64,000 nucleotides of DNA, taken from assembly GCA_041675185.1 (NCBI GenBank), contig JBAYUH010000002.1:1052-65051 (forward strand). Direction: 5' to 3'. The DNA comes from Candidatus Magasanikiibacteriota bacterium (GTDB lineage Bacteria; Patescibacteriota; Patescibacteriia; Magasanikbacterales; UBA922). The notes beneath the pieces were generated by a model. That model was given only the letters and a program-made list of their open reading frames with translations, was not told where the DNA came from and did no database searches. How positions within the stretch are numbered: the first letter of the stretch is position 1; each line of letters opens with the position of its first letter. The position numbers and the translations under genes were made by a program. Positions 51,407 to 60,291 of this stretch are shown in pieces.

Positions 51407-51848
51407 TGAAGACTATGTTGTTATAGCACGACTACATCGTCAAACAATTCGCCAAGTAAATAAAAAAGATTATAATAAAGAACAAATCAGAGTTTGGTCT
51501 GGTCGTACCAGCACAAAACGTTTTCGTGAAAGCGCCCACATGTGCAAAAGATGGGTAGCTCTTGATACTGAAAAAGTTATTGGTTTCGCCGATCACCCTT
51601 TGGACAAATGCGTTTTATGGGGTTTATTTGTTCACAAAGATTACATTGGGAAAAGTGTGGGAAGTAAGTTGATAAAAAAAGTCGAAGCTTCACTACTCAA
51701 ACAAGGTTGTAAAAATATAAAAATAGAATCAACAATTACTGCCAAAGAATTTTATAAAAAACAAGGTTATAAAGTTAGAAAAAAAAGTTTTCATCAATTT
51801 GAAAATCAAAAAGTGGAAACTTATATTTTATCAAAAAAAATAAAATAA
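51384..51848 (+). CDS. GNAT N-acetyltransferase
   Basis: LFVHKDYIGKSVGSKL, STITAKEFYKKQGY. Confidence 0.9.
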   Translation: MKIRLARDEDYVVIARLHRQTIRQVNKKDYNKEQIRVWSGRTSTKRFRESAHMCKRWVALDTEKVIGFADHPLDKCVLWGLFVHKDYIGKSVGSKLIKKVEASLLKQGCKNIKIESTITAKEFYKKQGYKVRKKSFHQFENQKVETYILSKKIK

Positions 51849-51867
51849 CCATTATTTATAACCACAA

Positions 51868-51900
51868 CAAAAAGGCAACTGTTTAGAGCAGTTGCCTTTT
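51868..51900. terminator. Bidirectional terminator
   Basis: AAAAGGCAACTG-tttagag-CAGTTGCCTTTT. Confidence 0.8.
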
Positions 51901-51916
51901 AAGTTTTTCGAGCCTT

Positions 51917-53155
51917 TTATTTTTTAGTTTCTTCTACCTTTTTTTCAGCTTTCTTTTCTTTTTTTTCTTCTACTTTTTCTTCGTCTATCGAAGCCTTAGC
52001 GGAGGAGGATTTTTCCTCTTCTACTTTTTCTTCAACTTTCTTTTCTTTCTTATCTTCTACTTTATCTTCTTTTTTACCAACACCTTCTAATTTCAAACCT
52101 AGACGATGTTCAGCTGGTTCTATAGAGATAATTTCAAAGTTGTATTTTTTACTAACTTCAAATTTGGAAAGAAGCATCTTAGTATCTGAAACACGTTTAT
52201 CACTAAGATCAGAGATATGAGCTAGACCATGAATTTCATTGTCTAGTTTTACCATTAGACCAAAAGGTTCAATTTTGTGTACTTCAGCATTGACAATTTG
52301 TCCAACTTTGTAAGTATCTTTTACTTTTTTCCAAGGATCAATAATAAGCCTCTTGATAGATAAATAAATTTTTGATTTGTTCAAATCAATAATTTGAGCT
52401 TTGATTTTGTCACCAACTTTCAATATTTCACGAGGATGACTAATTCTTTGCCAAACAATTTCAGAAATATGAACAAGACCTTCCAAATTGGTACCAAATT
52501 TTATAAAAGCACCAAATGAAGTAAGAGCACTCACTTCTCCTTCTACAATGTCACCAACACTATAAGAATCAAGTACGTTTTTTTGTTCTTCTTCCCAAAC
52601 TTCTTTTTCAGAGAAAATAAGTTTTTCATCATCCATGTCAGCTGTAATAACTTTTACTTTGATAGTCTCACCAATAAATTTTCTCAAATGTTCCAAAATT
52701 CTATTTTTGTCACCACCTTGTACACGTGGGTAATTATTTGGATTCAATTGTGATACTGGCATGAAACCTACCAAGGCATCAGATTGAAGCATAAGACCAC
52801 CTTTGTTGGCAGCCAAAATTTTTGCTTTGACAATGTCACCTGTTTTGACATGTTCAGCCATTCTACTCCAAACCAATTTGTTTCCAGCAACACGGAAAGA
52901 TAATTCCATTTCACCGTTTTCATTTTCATCATCTATAACAGTAGCTTCTACTTCAGTACCTACTTTTATATCTGTAAATTCTTTTGATTCAGAAAATAAT
53001 TCTGGACCACGGACAACACCAACAATAAGTCCGCTAACGTCAACACGAACTTCGCCTTTATCTATAGCGATAATTTTACCTTTTACCAAATCTCCAACTT
53101 TTGGAATGTTGGCAAAGTAGTCTTTTAAAAGTTCTTCAAAACTTTGACTAGACAT
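51917..53155 (-). CDS. rpsA: 30S ribosomal protein S1 (four S1 domains plus Lys/Glu tail)
   Basis: GFMPVSQL, FGAFI...EGLVHISE, HGLAHISDL. Confidence 0.92.
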   Translation of the reverse strand: MSSQSFEELLKDYFANIPKVGDLVKGKIIAIDKGEVRVDVSGLIVGVVRGPELFSESKEFTDIKVGTEVEATVIDDENENGEMELSFRVAGNKLVWSRMAEHVKTGDIVKAKILAANKGGLMLQSDALVGFMPVSQLNPNNYPRVQGGDKNRILEHLRKFIGETIKVKVITADMDDEKLIFSEKEVWEEEQKNVLDSYSVGDIVEGEVSALTSFGAFIKFGTNLEGLVHISEIVWQRISHPREILKVGDKIKAQIIDLNKSKIYLSIKRLIIDPWKKVKDTYKVGQIVNAEVHKIEPFGLMVKLDNEIHGLAHISDLSDKRVSDTKMLLSKFEVSKKYNFEIISIEPAEHRLGLKLEGVGKKEDKVEDKKEKKVEEKVEEEKSSSAKASIDEEKVEEKKEKKAEKKVEETKK

Positions 53156-53402
53156 AAATTAATAATTTAACCCGCTTTTGCGAGCCCTCAAATATTGAGG
53201 TTTAATAAAAAGCCTTTTTGTACCTAATTTAGACAAAATTTAAGGCTCGAATACTATAACAAATGATGTAATTTTTGTCAAGAATGAAGCAATACAACAC
53301 CCAAACACTAACACCTTGGTACTTAAACAAAAACACCCACAAATTATTAGTAGGGTGTTTTTATGTTTTAATGTTTTTATGATTTAATATTTTAATGAAA
53401 AA

Positions 53403-55910
53403 TTACACAAAAGCAATCGCAGCAATCTTATCATTTGGATCTTTGAAACGCATAATACGTACTCCCTGAGTAGCTCTACCCAAAGTAGAAATACTTTTCA
53501 AAGATGTACGAATTACCTGTCCTTTGACAGAAACAATCATAATATCTTTTTCTTCTGTAATATTGACTATCTGACTACTTATGATTTTACCTGTTTTGGT
53601 TGTAATAGCCATAGTCTTGATACCACTACCACCACGACCTTGGACTTTGTATTCATTGATTTTGGTCTTCTTACCCATACCATTTTCAGATACTACTAAT
53701 AATTCCAATACTTTCATTTTGACTAGACTGTTGTCAATAATACTCATACCCACGACTTCATCAGTGGATTTCAATTTGATAGCTCTCACACCAGAAGCAG
53801 TACGGCCCATAGCTCGGACATCTTTTTCTTTGAACCTGATAGATTGACCCAAGGATGTCGTAATCATAATATCATTGTTGCCAGCAGTTGGCTGAACCCA
53901 TTCAAGCATATCATTTTCTTTCAATTTCAAAGCAATGAGTCCTGATTTACGAACATTTTTGAAATCTTCAATTTTTGTTTTCTTGATATTTCCTTTACTT
54001 GTCACCATGATCAAAGATTCATAACTACTAAGATTTTCTAATGACAAAAATATAGAAACTTTTTCATTTGGTGCTAGTTGTAAGAAATTGACCAAAGCCT
54101 GACCTTTGGAGGTACGAGTAGCTTGTGGAATATCATAAGCACTAAGTTGGAAAACGCGTCCACGAGTAGTGAAGAAAAGAATATTGTCATGAGTGTTGGT
54201 AGAAATTATTTTATCTACCACGTCTTCTTCTTTGGTAGTCAAACCAATCACACCTTTTCCACCACGACTTTGTTGCTTGAAAGTGTCTGGTGGCAAACGT
54301 TTGATATAACCATCACGACTAGAGATAATAAGTGTTGGCTCATTTGGTACCAAATCTTCAATATTGAATTCTTTGACACCATGAGAAATAATTTGAGTAC
54401 GTCTTTCATTACTATAAGACATCTTAATAGAAGTGATTTCTTCTTTGATAAGATTCAAAATTTTCTTTTCACTCTTGAGCAAAGCTTCTAAATCAGCAAT
54501 AATTTTTTGTTTTTCTTTTAGTTCGTCTTCTATTTTCTTGCGCTCAAGATTTGCTAGTTGTTGTAATTTCATTTCAAGAATAGCTGTAGTTTGTCTTTCA
54601 CTAAAACTAAATTTACTCATCAAATTTACTTTGGCCTCTTCTTTGTCTTTTGATTTGCGGATCAAAGAAATAATTAGATCAATTTTGTCCAATGCTTTTT
54701 TGAGACCTTCCAAAATATGAGCCCGATCCAATGCTTTGTCCAATTCGAATTGAGTACGACGACGAATAACTATTTGACGATGTTTCAAATATTCTTCCAA
54801 AACTGTTTTCAAATTCAAAACTCTAGGTTGAATACCATCTACCAGCGCCAACATATTGACATGAAAAGTAGTTTGTAATTGAGTGAGTTTGAAAAGTCTA
54901 TTCAAAATCTTTTTTGGATAAGCATCTTTTTTTATTTCAATTACAATACGTACACCATCTCTATTGGATTCATCACGCAAATCTTTGATACCTTCCAACT
55001 TTTTCTCTTGTACCAACATAGCTATCTTTTCTATCAAGGTAGCTTTGTTTACTTGGTAAGGAACTTCTGTAATAATAATATTTGTTCTATCCCCTTTGTC
55101 AGTTTCTTGAATATCTGTCTTAGCACGCATCACAATACCACCACGACCAGTAGCATAAGCAGCTGCTATGTCTTTTTTATTATAAATAATTCCCCCAGTT
55201 GGAAAATCTGGACCTTTGATATATTCAGTCAATTCTTCAATACTTAATTTTGGATTTTCAATCAAGGCCATTATGCCATCACAAAGCTCAGACAAATTGT
55301 GAGGAGGAATATTTGTCGCCATACCCACAGCAATACCCATACTACCATTCAAAAGCAAATTTGGTAATTTGGCTGGCAACACTCTTGGTTCTTTGTAAGA
55401 ACCATCATAAGTTGGCACAAAATCAACTGTATTTTTGTCAATATCTACAATCAATTCTTCGGCAATAGCTCGCAATTTGGCTTCAGTATAACGCATAGCA
55501 GCTGCACTGTCTCCATCCATAGAACCAAAATTACCCTGACCATGGACAAGCATCTCACGCATGTTGAAATCCTGAGCCATACGTACCAAAGAATCATAAA
55601 TAGCACTGTCACCATGTGGATGGAATTTGGCCATCACCTCACCAACTACGTGAGCTGATTTCTTGGACTTGGCAGTATGTTTTAGACCCAAACCCCACAT
55701 CGCATAGAGAATACGACGATGTACTGGTTTTAGACCATCACGAACATCTGGCAAAGCACGAGAAACAATCACACTCATAGCATAGTCCAGATAAGATGTT
55801 TCCATTTCTTGTACCAAATTTATTGGTTCAATTTTTTCGACAATTTCCCCCTCTACAACACTTTCATCTGTATTATTTTTAGATTTTTGAATACTTTTCA
55901 AACGTGGCAT
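53403..55910 (-). CDS. gyrA: DNA gyrase subunit A
   Basis: RALPDVRDGLKPVHRR, FHPHGDS, AAMRYTE, GyrA box QSRGGKG, beta-pinwheel repeats. Confidence 0.98.
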   Translation of the reverse strand: MPRLKSIQKSKNNTDESVVEGEIVEKIEPINLVQEMETSYLDYAMSVIVSRALPDVRDGLKPVHRRILYAMWGLGLKHTAKSKKSAHVVGEVMAKFHPHGDSAIYDSLVRMAQDFNMREMLVHGQGNFGSMDGDSAAAMRYTEAKLRAIAEELIVDIDKNTVDFVPTYDGSYKEPRVLPAKLPNLLLNGSMGIAVGMATNIPPHNLSELCDGIMALIENPKLSIEELTEYIKGPDFPTGGIIYNKKDIAAAYATGRGGIVMRAKTDIQETDKGDRTNIIITEVPYQVNKATLIEKIAMLVQEKKLEGIKDLRDESNRDGVRIVIEIKKDAYPKKILNRLFKLTQLQTTFHVNMLALVDGIQPRVLNLKTVLEEYLKHRQIVIRRRTQFELDKALDRAHILEGLKKALDKIDLIISLIRKSKDKEEAKVNLMSKFSFSERQTTAILEMKLQQLANLERKKIEDELKEKQKIIADLEALLKSEKKILNLIKEEITSIKMSYSNERRTQIISHGVKEFNIEDLVPNEPTLIISSRDGYIKRLPPDTFKQQSRGGKGVIGLTTKEEDVVDKIISTNTHDNILFFTTRGRVFQLSAYDIPQATRTSKGQALVNFLQLAPNEKVSIFLSLENLSSYESLIMVTSKGNIKKTKIEDFKNVRKSGLIALKLKENDMLEWVQPTAGNNDIMITTSLGQSIRFKEKDVRAMGRTASGVRAIKLKSTDEVVGMSIIDNSLVKMKVLELLVVSENGMGKKTKINEYKVQGRGGSGIKTMAITTKTGKIISSQIVNITEEKDIMIVSVKGQVIRTSLKSISTLGRATQGVRIMRFKDPNDKIAAIAFV

Positions 55911-55923
55911 AGATTTTAAATTA

Positions 55924-56520
55924 TTAATTTTTGGTTGTGGTGCTTACAAACAAACTATTTAAAGCATCTTGTAATTTTTGAAAATTATCAGTACTTGTAG
56001 TATTGGTTTCTACAGTACTACTAGTAGTCAAATTTTTCAAGTTTTCTGTTTTTTTATTTTGCCCATCATCAAAATTTTTGAAAATATTTTGCAATTCTCC
56101 TTTGCTATCTTGCAAAGAATCAAGTGGTCCGTTGGAATTACCTTTGTTGTCAAAAAATAAGTTGCCAATACTTAGTATCCATAAACCAAAAATGACAATG
56201 GTAAAGATTATTACTGCTGACCAAAGCCAGACTTTACTGTTTTTTGGTGAACTATAAATCTGAGCAGTTGTTTTCTTGATAGGTATAGAAATCTCTCTGG
56301 ATACAGGCACTTTTATACTTTCTTTCTCTTCTTTTTCTTCATTTACTTCATTTTGCTTATACATTTCTTGCATTATAGCAGATGGTAAATCTTTGACAGC
56401 TTTTTTGATATCTTGATTATTTTTTTTGGCTGTATTTTTACTCACCTGTTTTTTGGTTTTTCCAAATTTCTTATTTTTCTTTCCATCAAGACTGCTTTTT
56501 TTATTTTTTTTGACAGACAT
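55924..56520 (-). CDS. Hypothetical single-TM protein
   Basis: Basic N-terminus, one TM, Thr-rich C-terminus. Confidence 0.7.
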   Translation of the reverse strand: MSVKKNKKSSLDGKKNKKFGKTKKQVSKNTAKKNNQDIKKAVKDLPSAIMQEMYKQNEVNEEKEEKESIKVPVSREISIPIKKTTAQIYSSPKNSKVWLWSAVIIFTIVIFGLWILSIGNLFFDNKGNSNGPLDSLQDSKGELQNIFKNFDDGQNKKTENLKNLTTSSTVETNTTSTDNFQKLQDALNSLFVSTTTKN

Positions 56521-56664
56521 ATATAAATTAATTTCAAATTTTTAATTTTCAATTTTAAAACAATTTTCAATTTTAAAAATTTTCAAATAATACCACAATA
56601 CTATTTACATTTAAAAAAATTTGTACTTTCGACTTTACGAACTTTATGGACTTTATGGATTTGT

Positions 56665-57279
56665 CTATTCCTTTTCCAAAACAACCACCATAGTATCTTC
56701 TTCTGGTAAATCTTTTTCTTTGATGATAACTTTCTTTTCTGGTGTACTATTTTTACTGCCAATTTCTTTGAGAAATGTATCTATGGCTTTGGCATCTGGA
56801 TCATTGTCAGAATTAAACGCATAAGGAATTACAATTTTTGGCTCAATTTCATTGATTAGCTTTATAGCATTTTCTGCATCAAAAGAATCTGGATGACCTA
56901 CAGGCAAACACAAAATATCAATATTAGAAAGAACTTCCAATTGTCTAGCAGTGAGTTGTTTTTTGATAATACCGACATGAGCCAAAGTCATATTTTCACT
57001 ATCAATACGCAACATGATTTGTCCAGCTTCGTGACCATCTACAGCAGTAATAAGTACACCTTTTGTGTCCACTTCGCCAGGTGTAGAAAAAACAAAAGGA
57101 TCACCTGACAAGGTAATAATATCTTTTTCACCACGAGTATAAAGAGCGATGTCTGGAGTCAGACTACGTGGACAAGCACCTTTTGTCTGTTTGTAAGCAT
57201 CTATAACTATAGTTACATCTTTTTCAAAAGGTTTTGTCTGAATTTTTATGGCACTATTGCCAAGCCAAGAAATATGCAT
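56665..57279 (-). CDS. Metallo-beta-lactamase-fold protein, degenerate metal site
   Basis: ISWLGNSAIKI, PGEVDTKGV, IDILCLPVG, EPKIVIP; HxHxDH absent. Confidence 0.8.
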   Translation of the reverse strand: MHISWLGNSAIKIQTKPFEKDVTIVIDAYKQTKGACPRSLTPDIALYTRGEKDIITLSGDPFVFSTPGEVDTKGVLITAVDGHEAGQIMLRIDSENMTLAHVGIIKKQLTARQLEVLSNIDILCLPVGHPDSFDAENAIKLINEIEPKIVIPYAFNSDNDPDAKAIDTFLKEIGSKNSTPEKKVIIKEKDLPEEDTMVVVLEKE

Positions 57280-57444
57280 AAATTGATGTTTATTAAAGCT
57301 AAAAAGACCAAAAAGTCTGTAATTTAATCTTTATTTTTGTTTAAATACAGAGATATTATATATGATTTTAATCAATAAGACAAGACCTTATAACAGACCT
57401 TGTAACAATATAAAAAAAAATATATAATAAAGCTAAACAAACTT

Positions 57445-58158
57445 ATGTCTTATTACAAAATCATTTCCGAACTAAAAAATCTAGCCAACCCTACCAAAGC
57501 CAAACTTCTCTCTGGTTTTTTCAAAACTGGCAAAAATCAATATGGTGAAGGCGACAAATTTATTGGCATTACTGTCCCTGAACAAAGAAAAATTGCCAAA
57601 AAATATTATGAAAAAATAAGTTTTGGAGACTTGCAAAAAATACTAGAAAACAAAATTCATGAATATCGCCTAACAGCTCTCATAATTTTGTGTTACAAAT
57701 ATGAAAAAACCAAAGATGAAAATCTCAAAAAAGAAATCTACAATTTTTATATCAAAAATTTGCAATTTGTAAACAATTGGGATCTAGTAGATGTCACCAC
57801 TCCCAATATAGTTGGGAATTATTTATTTTATAATCAAAATAAAAAAAATATTATCTATAAATTAGTGAAATCAAAAAATCTTTGGGAAAGACGCGTAGCT
57901 ATTTTAGCTACATTCAAATTTATTAGAGAAAAACAATTTGAAGACAGTCTAAAAATCTCCGAAATACTACTTTTTGACAACCATGATCTAATTCACAAAG
58001 CAGTTGGCTGGATGCTACGAGAAATTGGCAAGAGAGATACGAAAGTTTTGATAAAATTTCTAAATCAACACACTACAAAAATGCCTCGCACCATGCTAAG
58101 ATACGCGATTGAAAAATTCCCAGAGGAAATAAGAAAAAATTATTTAAATAAAAAATAA
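57445..58158 (+). CDS. AlkD-like DNA alkylation repair protein
   Basis: FFKTGKNQYGEGD, NNWDLVD, LWERR, HKAVGWMLREIGK, MPRTMLRYAIE. Confidence 0.92.
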   Translation: MSYYKIISELKNLANPTKAKLLSGFFKTGKNQYGEGDKFIGITVPEQRKIAKKYYEKISFGDLQKILENKIHEYRLTALIILCYKYEKTKDENLKKEIYNFYIKNLQFVNNWDLVDVTTPNIVGNYLFYNQNKKNIIYKLVKSKNLWERRVAILATFKFIREKQFEDSLKISEILLFDNHDLIHKAVGWMLREIGKRDTKVLIKFLNQHTTKMPRTMLRYAIEKFPEEIRKNYLNKK

Positions 58159-58196
58159 TTCAATTACAACACTTTCAACATTTACAACATTCAACT

Positions 58197-58976
58197 ATGA
58201 AAATAATTTCTTGGAATATAAACGGCATTAGAGCTGTAATAAAAAAAGGCTTCACAGATTTTTTGCAAACTACAAAACCAGACATATTAGGTTTACAAGA
58301 AGTAAAAATTGGCGATTCACATCGTGAAAAAGAAATTTTCAATTTTGCCAATTATATTGAAAATTGGAATTCAGCCAAACGTCCTGGTTACTCTGGTACC
58401 ATGACACTTATCAAAGATAAATCTGAAGTACAAAAAACATTTATTAAACACACCACAGGACTTGGTGTAGAAAAATTTGATGATGAAGGACGTGCCCAAA
58501 CTTTAGAATTTGCAAATTTCTATTTTGTAAATTGTTATTTCCCAAATACGCGCGATGATTTGTCCAGACTTGATTTTAAAGAAGAATTCAATGATGCATT
58601 TTTGAAATACATAAAAAAACTTGATAAGAAAAAACCAGTCATTGCTGTCGGTGACTACAATGTTGCTCACGAACCAATCGACCTAGCTAGACCAGAACCA
58701 AATGAAGGTAAAGCTGGTTATACCAATGAAGAAAGAAAATGGATGACCAAATTTACTGAAGCTAATTTTGTAGATACTTTTAGAAATTTTAATCCAAAAA
58801 AAGTTCAATACAGTTGGTGGAGTTTTCGTGCTGCAGCTCGCACTAGAAATATTGGTTGGCGTATTGATTATGTGTTGGTTAGTAAAAGATTTGTAAAGAA
58901 AATAAAAAAAGCTTTTATTTTGGATGAGGTAAATGGCTCTGACCATTGTCCTGTTGGTATAGAAATTGATTTATAA
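58197..58976 (+). CDS. xth: Exodeoxyribonuclease III / AP endonuclease
   Basis: SWNINGIRA, LQEVK, GDYNVAH, GWRIDY, SDHCP. Confidence 0.97.
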   Translation: MKIISWNINGIRAVIKKGFTDFLQTTKPDILGLQEVKIGDSHREKEIFNFANYIENWNSAKRPGYSGTMTLIKDKSEVQKTFIKHTTGLGVEKFDDEGRAQTLEFANFYFVNCYFPNTRDDLSRLDFKEEFNDAFLKYIKKLDKKKPVIAVGDYNVAHEPIDLARPEPNEGKAGYTNEERKWMTKFTEANFVDTFRNFNPKKVQYSWWSFRAAARTRNIGWRIDYVLVSKRFVKKIKKAFILDEVNGSDHCPVGIEIDL

Positions 58977-58989
58977 ACAACACCACTTA

Positions 58990-59316
58990 TTGACAAAACA
59001 ACCAAAATAGTCTACAATAATACAGCTTTTGATTGAAATAACAAAAGCTGTGTCAAAGCTCTGGTATCCTTCAGCGCGAATAAGTAGGAATATAAAAATT
59101 TATATCTCTACTCTTTCGCTCAGAAGGTCTGAGCAAACTCGAGTAAACCAAAAACTGTCAGAGAAAAAGATGAAAAATCTAAACTTTGTGCTCACCGCCT
59201 GGACATTGTGTCTGGCAATATTCCCCATCGTAACGGTGATTGTTATTGGATTTAACCACTAGACACACCTCTCGCCCAAAACCTTCCCGACCCGCGTCGG
59301 GAAGGTTTGGACGAGA
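58990..59316 (+). other. Promoter-driven, highly structured transcript: ncRNA or leader plus 30-aa hydrophobic peptide (59170-59262)
   Basis: TTGACA-17-TACAAT; successive hairpins at 59022-59050, 59058-59134 and 59270-59316. Confidence 0.5.
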
Positions 59317-59415
59317 ATAAAAATAAATATATCAAATCGCCTTAAGGGCGTTTTTTGTTATAAAAAACAATCCAGATTGAATCGGGATTGTTTTTCAAAT
59401 AAACAAAATAAAAAA

Positions 59416-60135
59416 TTACTTCAAAAATCCATCTACTAATTGCCCCACAAAATAACCAATCAAAGCAGCTAATGAAGCAAGAGCTGTCATCTCTAATCCA
59501 GCTTTCCACCATTTTCTCTTGGTAAATCTTGTGGTGAAAATACCCAAAACAAACAAACCAATCAAAGTAAAAACAATGGAAATAGGAACAGCATCATGAA
59601 TAGGAAAAAGGACATAAGGTATAAGAGGTATTGATCCACCAACCACATAAGAAGCAAACATTACCCAACCTTTTTTTATCGGATTATCAGTATTGTCTGT
59701 AATAATATCCAATTCACGATAAGCCATTTCTTTTAGAAAAAGATGTTTGTCTTTGGAGGCTATCAAAGCCATATCTTTGGCCATTTTTTTTGGCCAACCA
59801 TCACCTACATACATTTCAAACAATTCTTCTTTTTCATCTTCTGGATACTTTTGTAGTTCTTCTCTTTCTTCGTAGAGTTTTCTATCATCAGTGTCTTTTT
59901 CAGATTTGTTGGATAAATAAGAACCTACTGCCATTGATATTGATTCAACAGAAATAACCACAAAACCTGAAAGCAAAGTAGTAAATTGACTATTGGTCGC
60001 TGTTGCAATACCAGTCACAGCTCCAAGGGTAGAGACCATACCATCTTCCAAACCAAAAACTATTTCTCGCAAAAGTGAAGGAGAAATTTTACTTTGGATA
60101 TGATGAATATATTCGTTGTTGTGAGGAATTGTCAT
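59416..60135 (-). CDS. VIT1/CCC1 family Fe/Mn transporter
   Basis: REIVFGLEDGMVST, SMAVGSYLS, GGSIPLIPY. Confidence 0.92.
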   Translation of the reverse strand: MTIPHNNEYIHHIQSKISPSLLREIVFGLEDGMVSTLGAVTGIATATNSQFTTLLSGFVVISVESISMAVGSYLSNKSEKDTDDRKLYEEREELQKYPEDEKEELFEMYVGDGWPKKMAKDMALIASKDKHLFLKEMAYRELDIITDNTDNPIKKGWVMFASYVVGGSIPLIPYVLFPIHDAVPISIVFTLIGLFVLGIFTTRFTKRKWWKAGLEMTALASLAALIGYFVGQLVDGFLK

Positions 60136-60291
60136 AATAAAAGTCTAAAAGTTTATAAAGTCAAAAGTCCATAAAGTCTAAATACCACAAGACTTTTTAC
60201 TTTCTTGTCCACCTTTGATGGAATGGACTTTATAGACTTTATTCTAACATAAATGGACAAAAAACCAAAATTATGCTAAGATAACAACAAT

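Noticed and set aside
29478-55910. Inteins or introns in rpoB, rpoC, recA or gyrA
   Set aside because: Lengths and motif order are ordinary; no intein splice motifs or frame breaks seen
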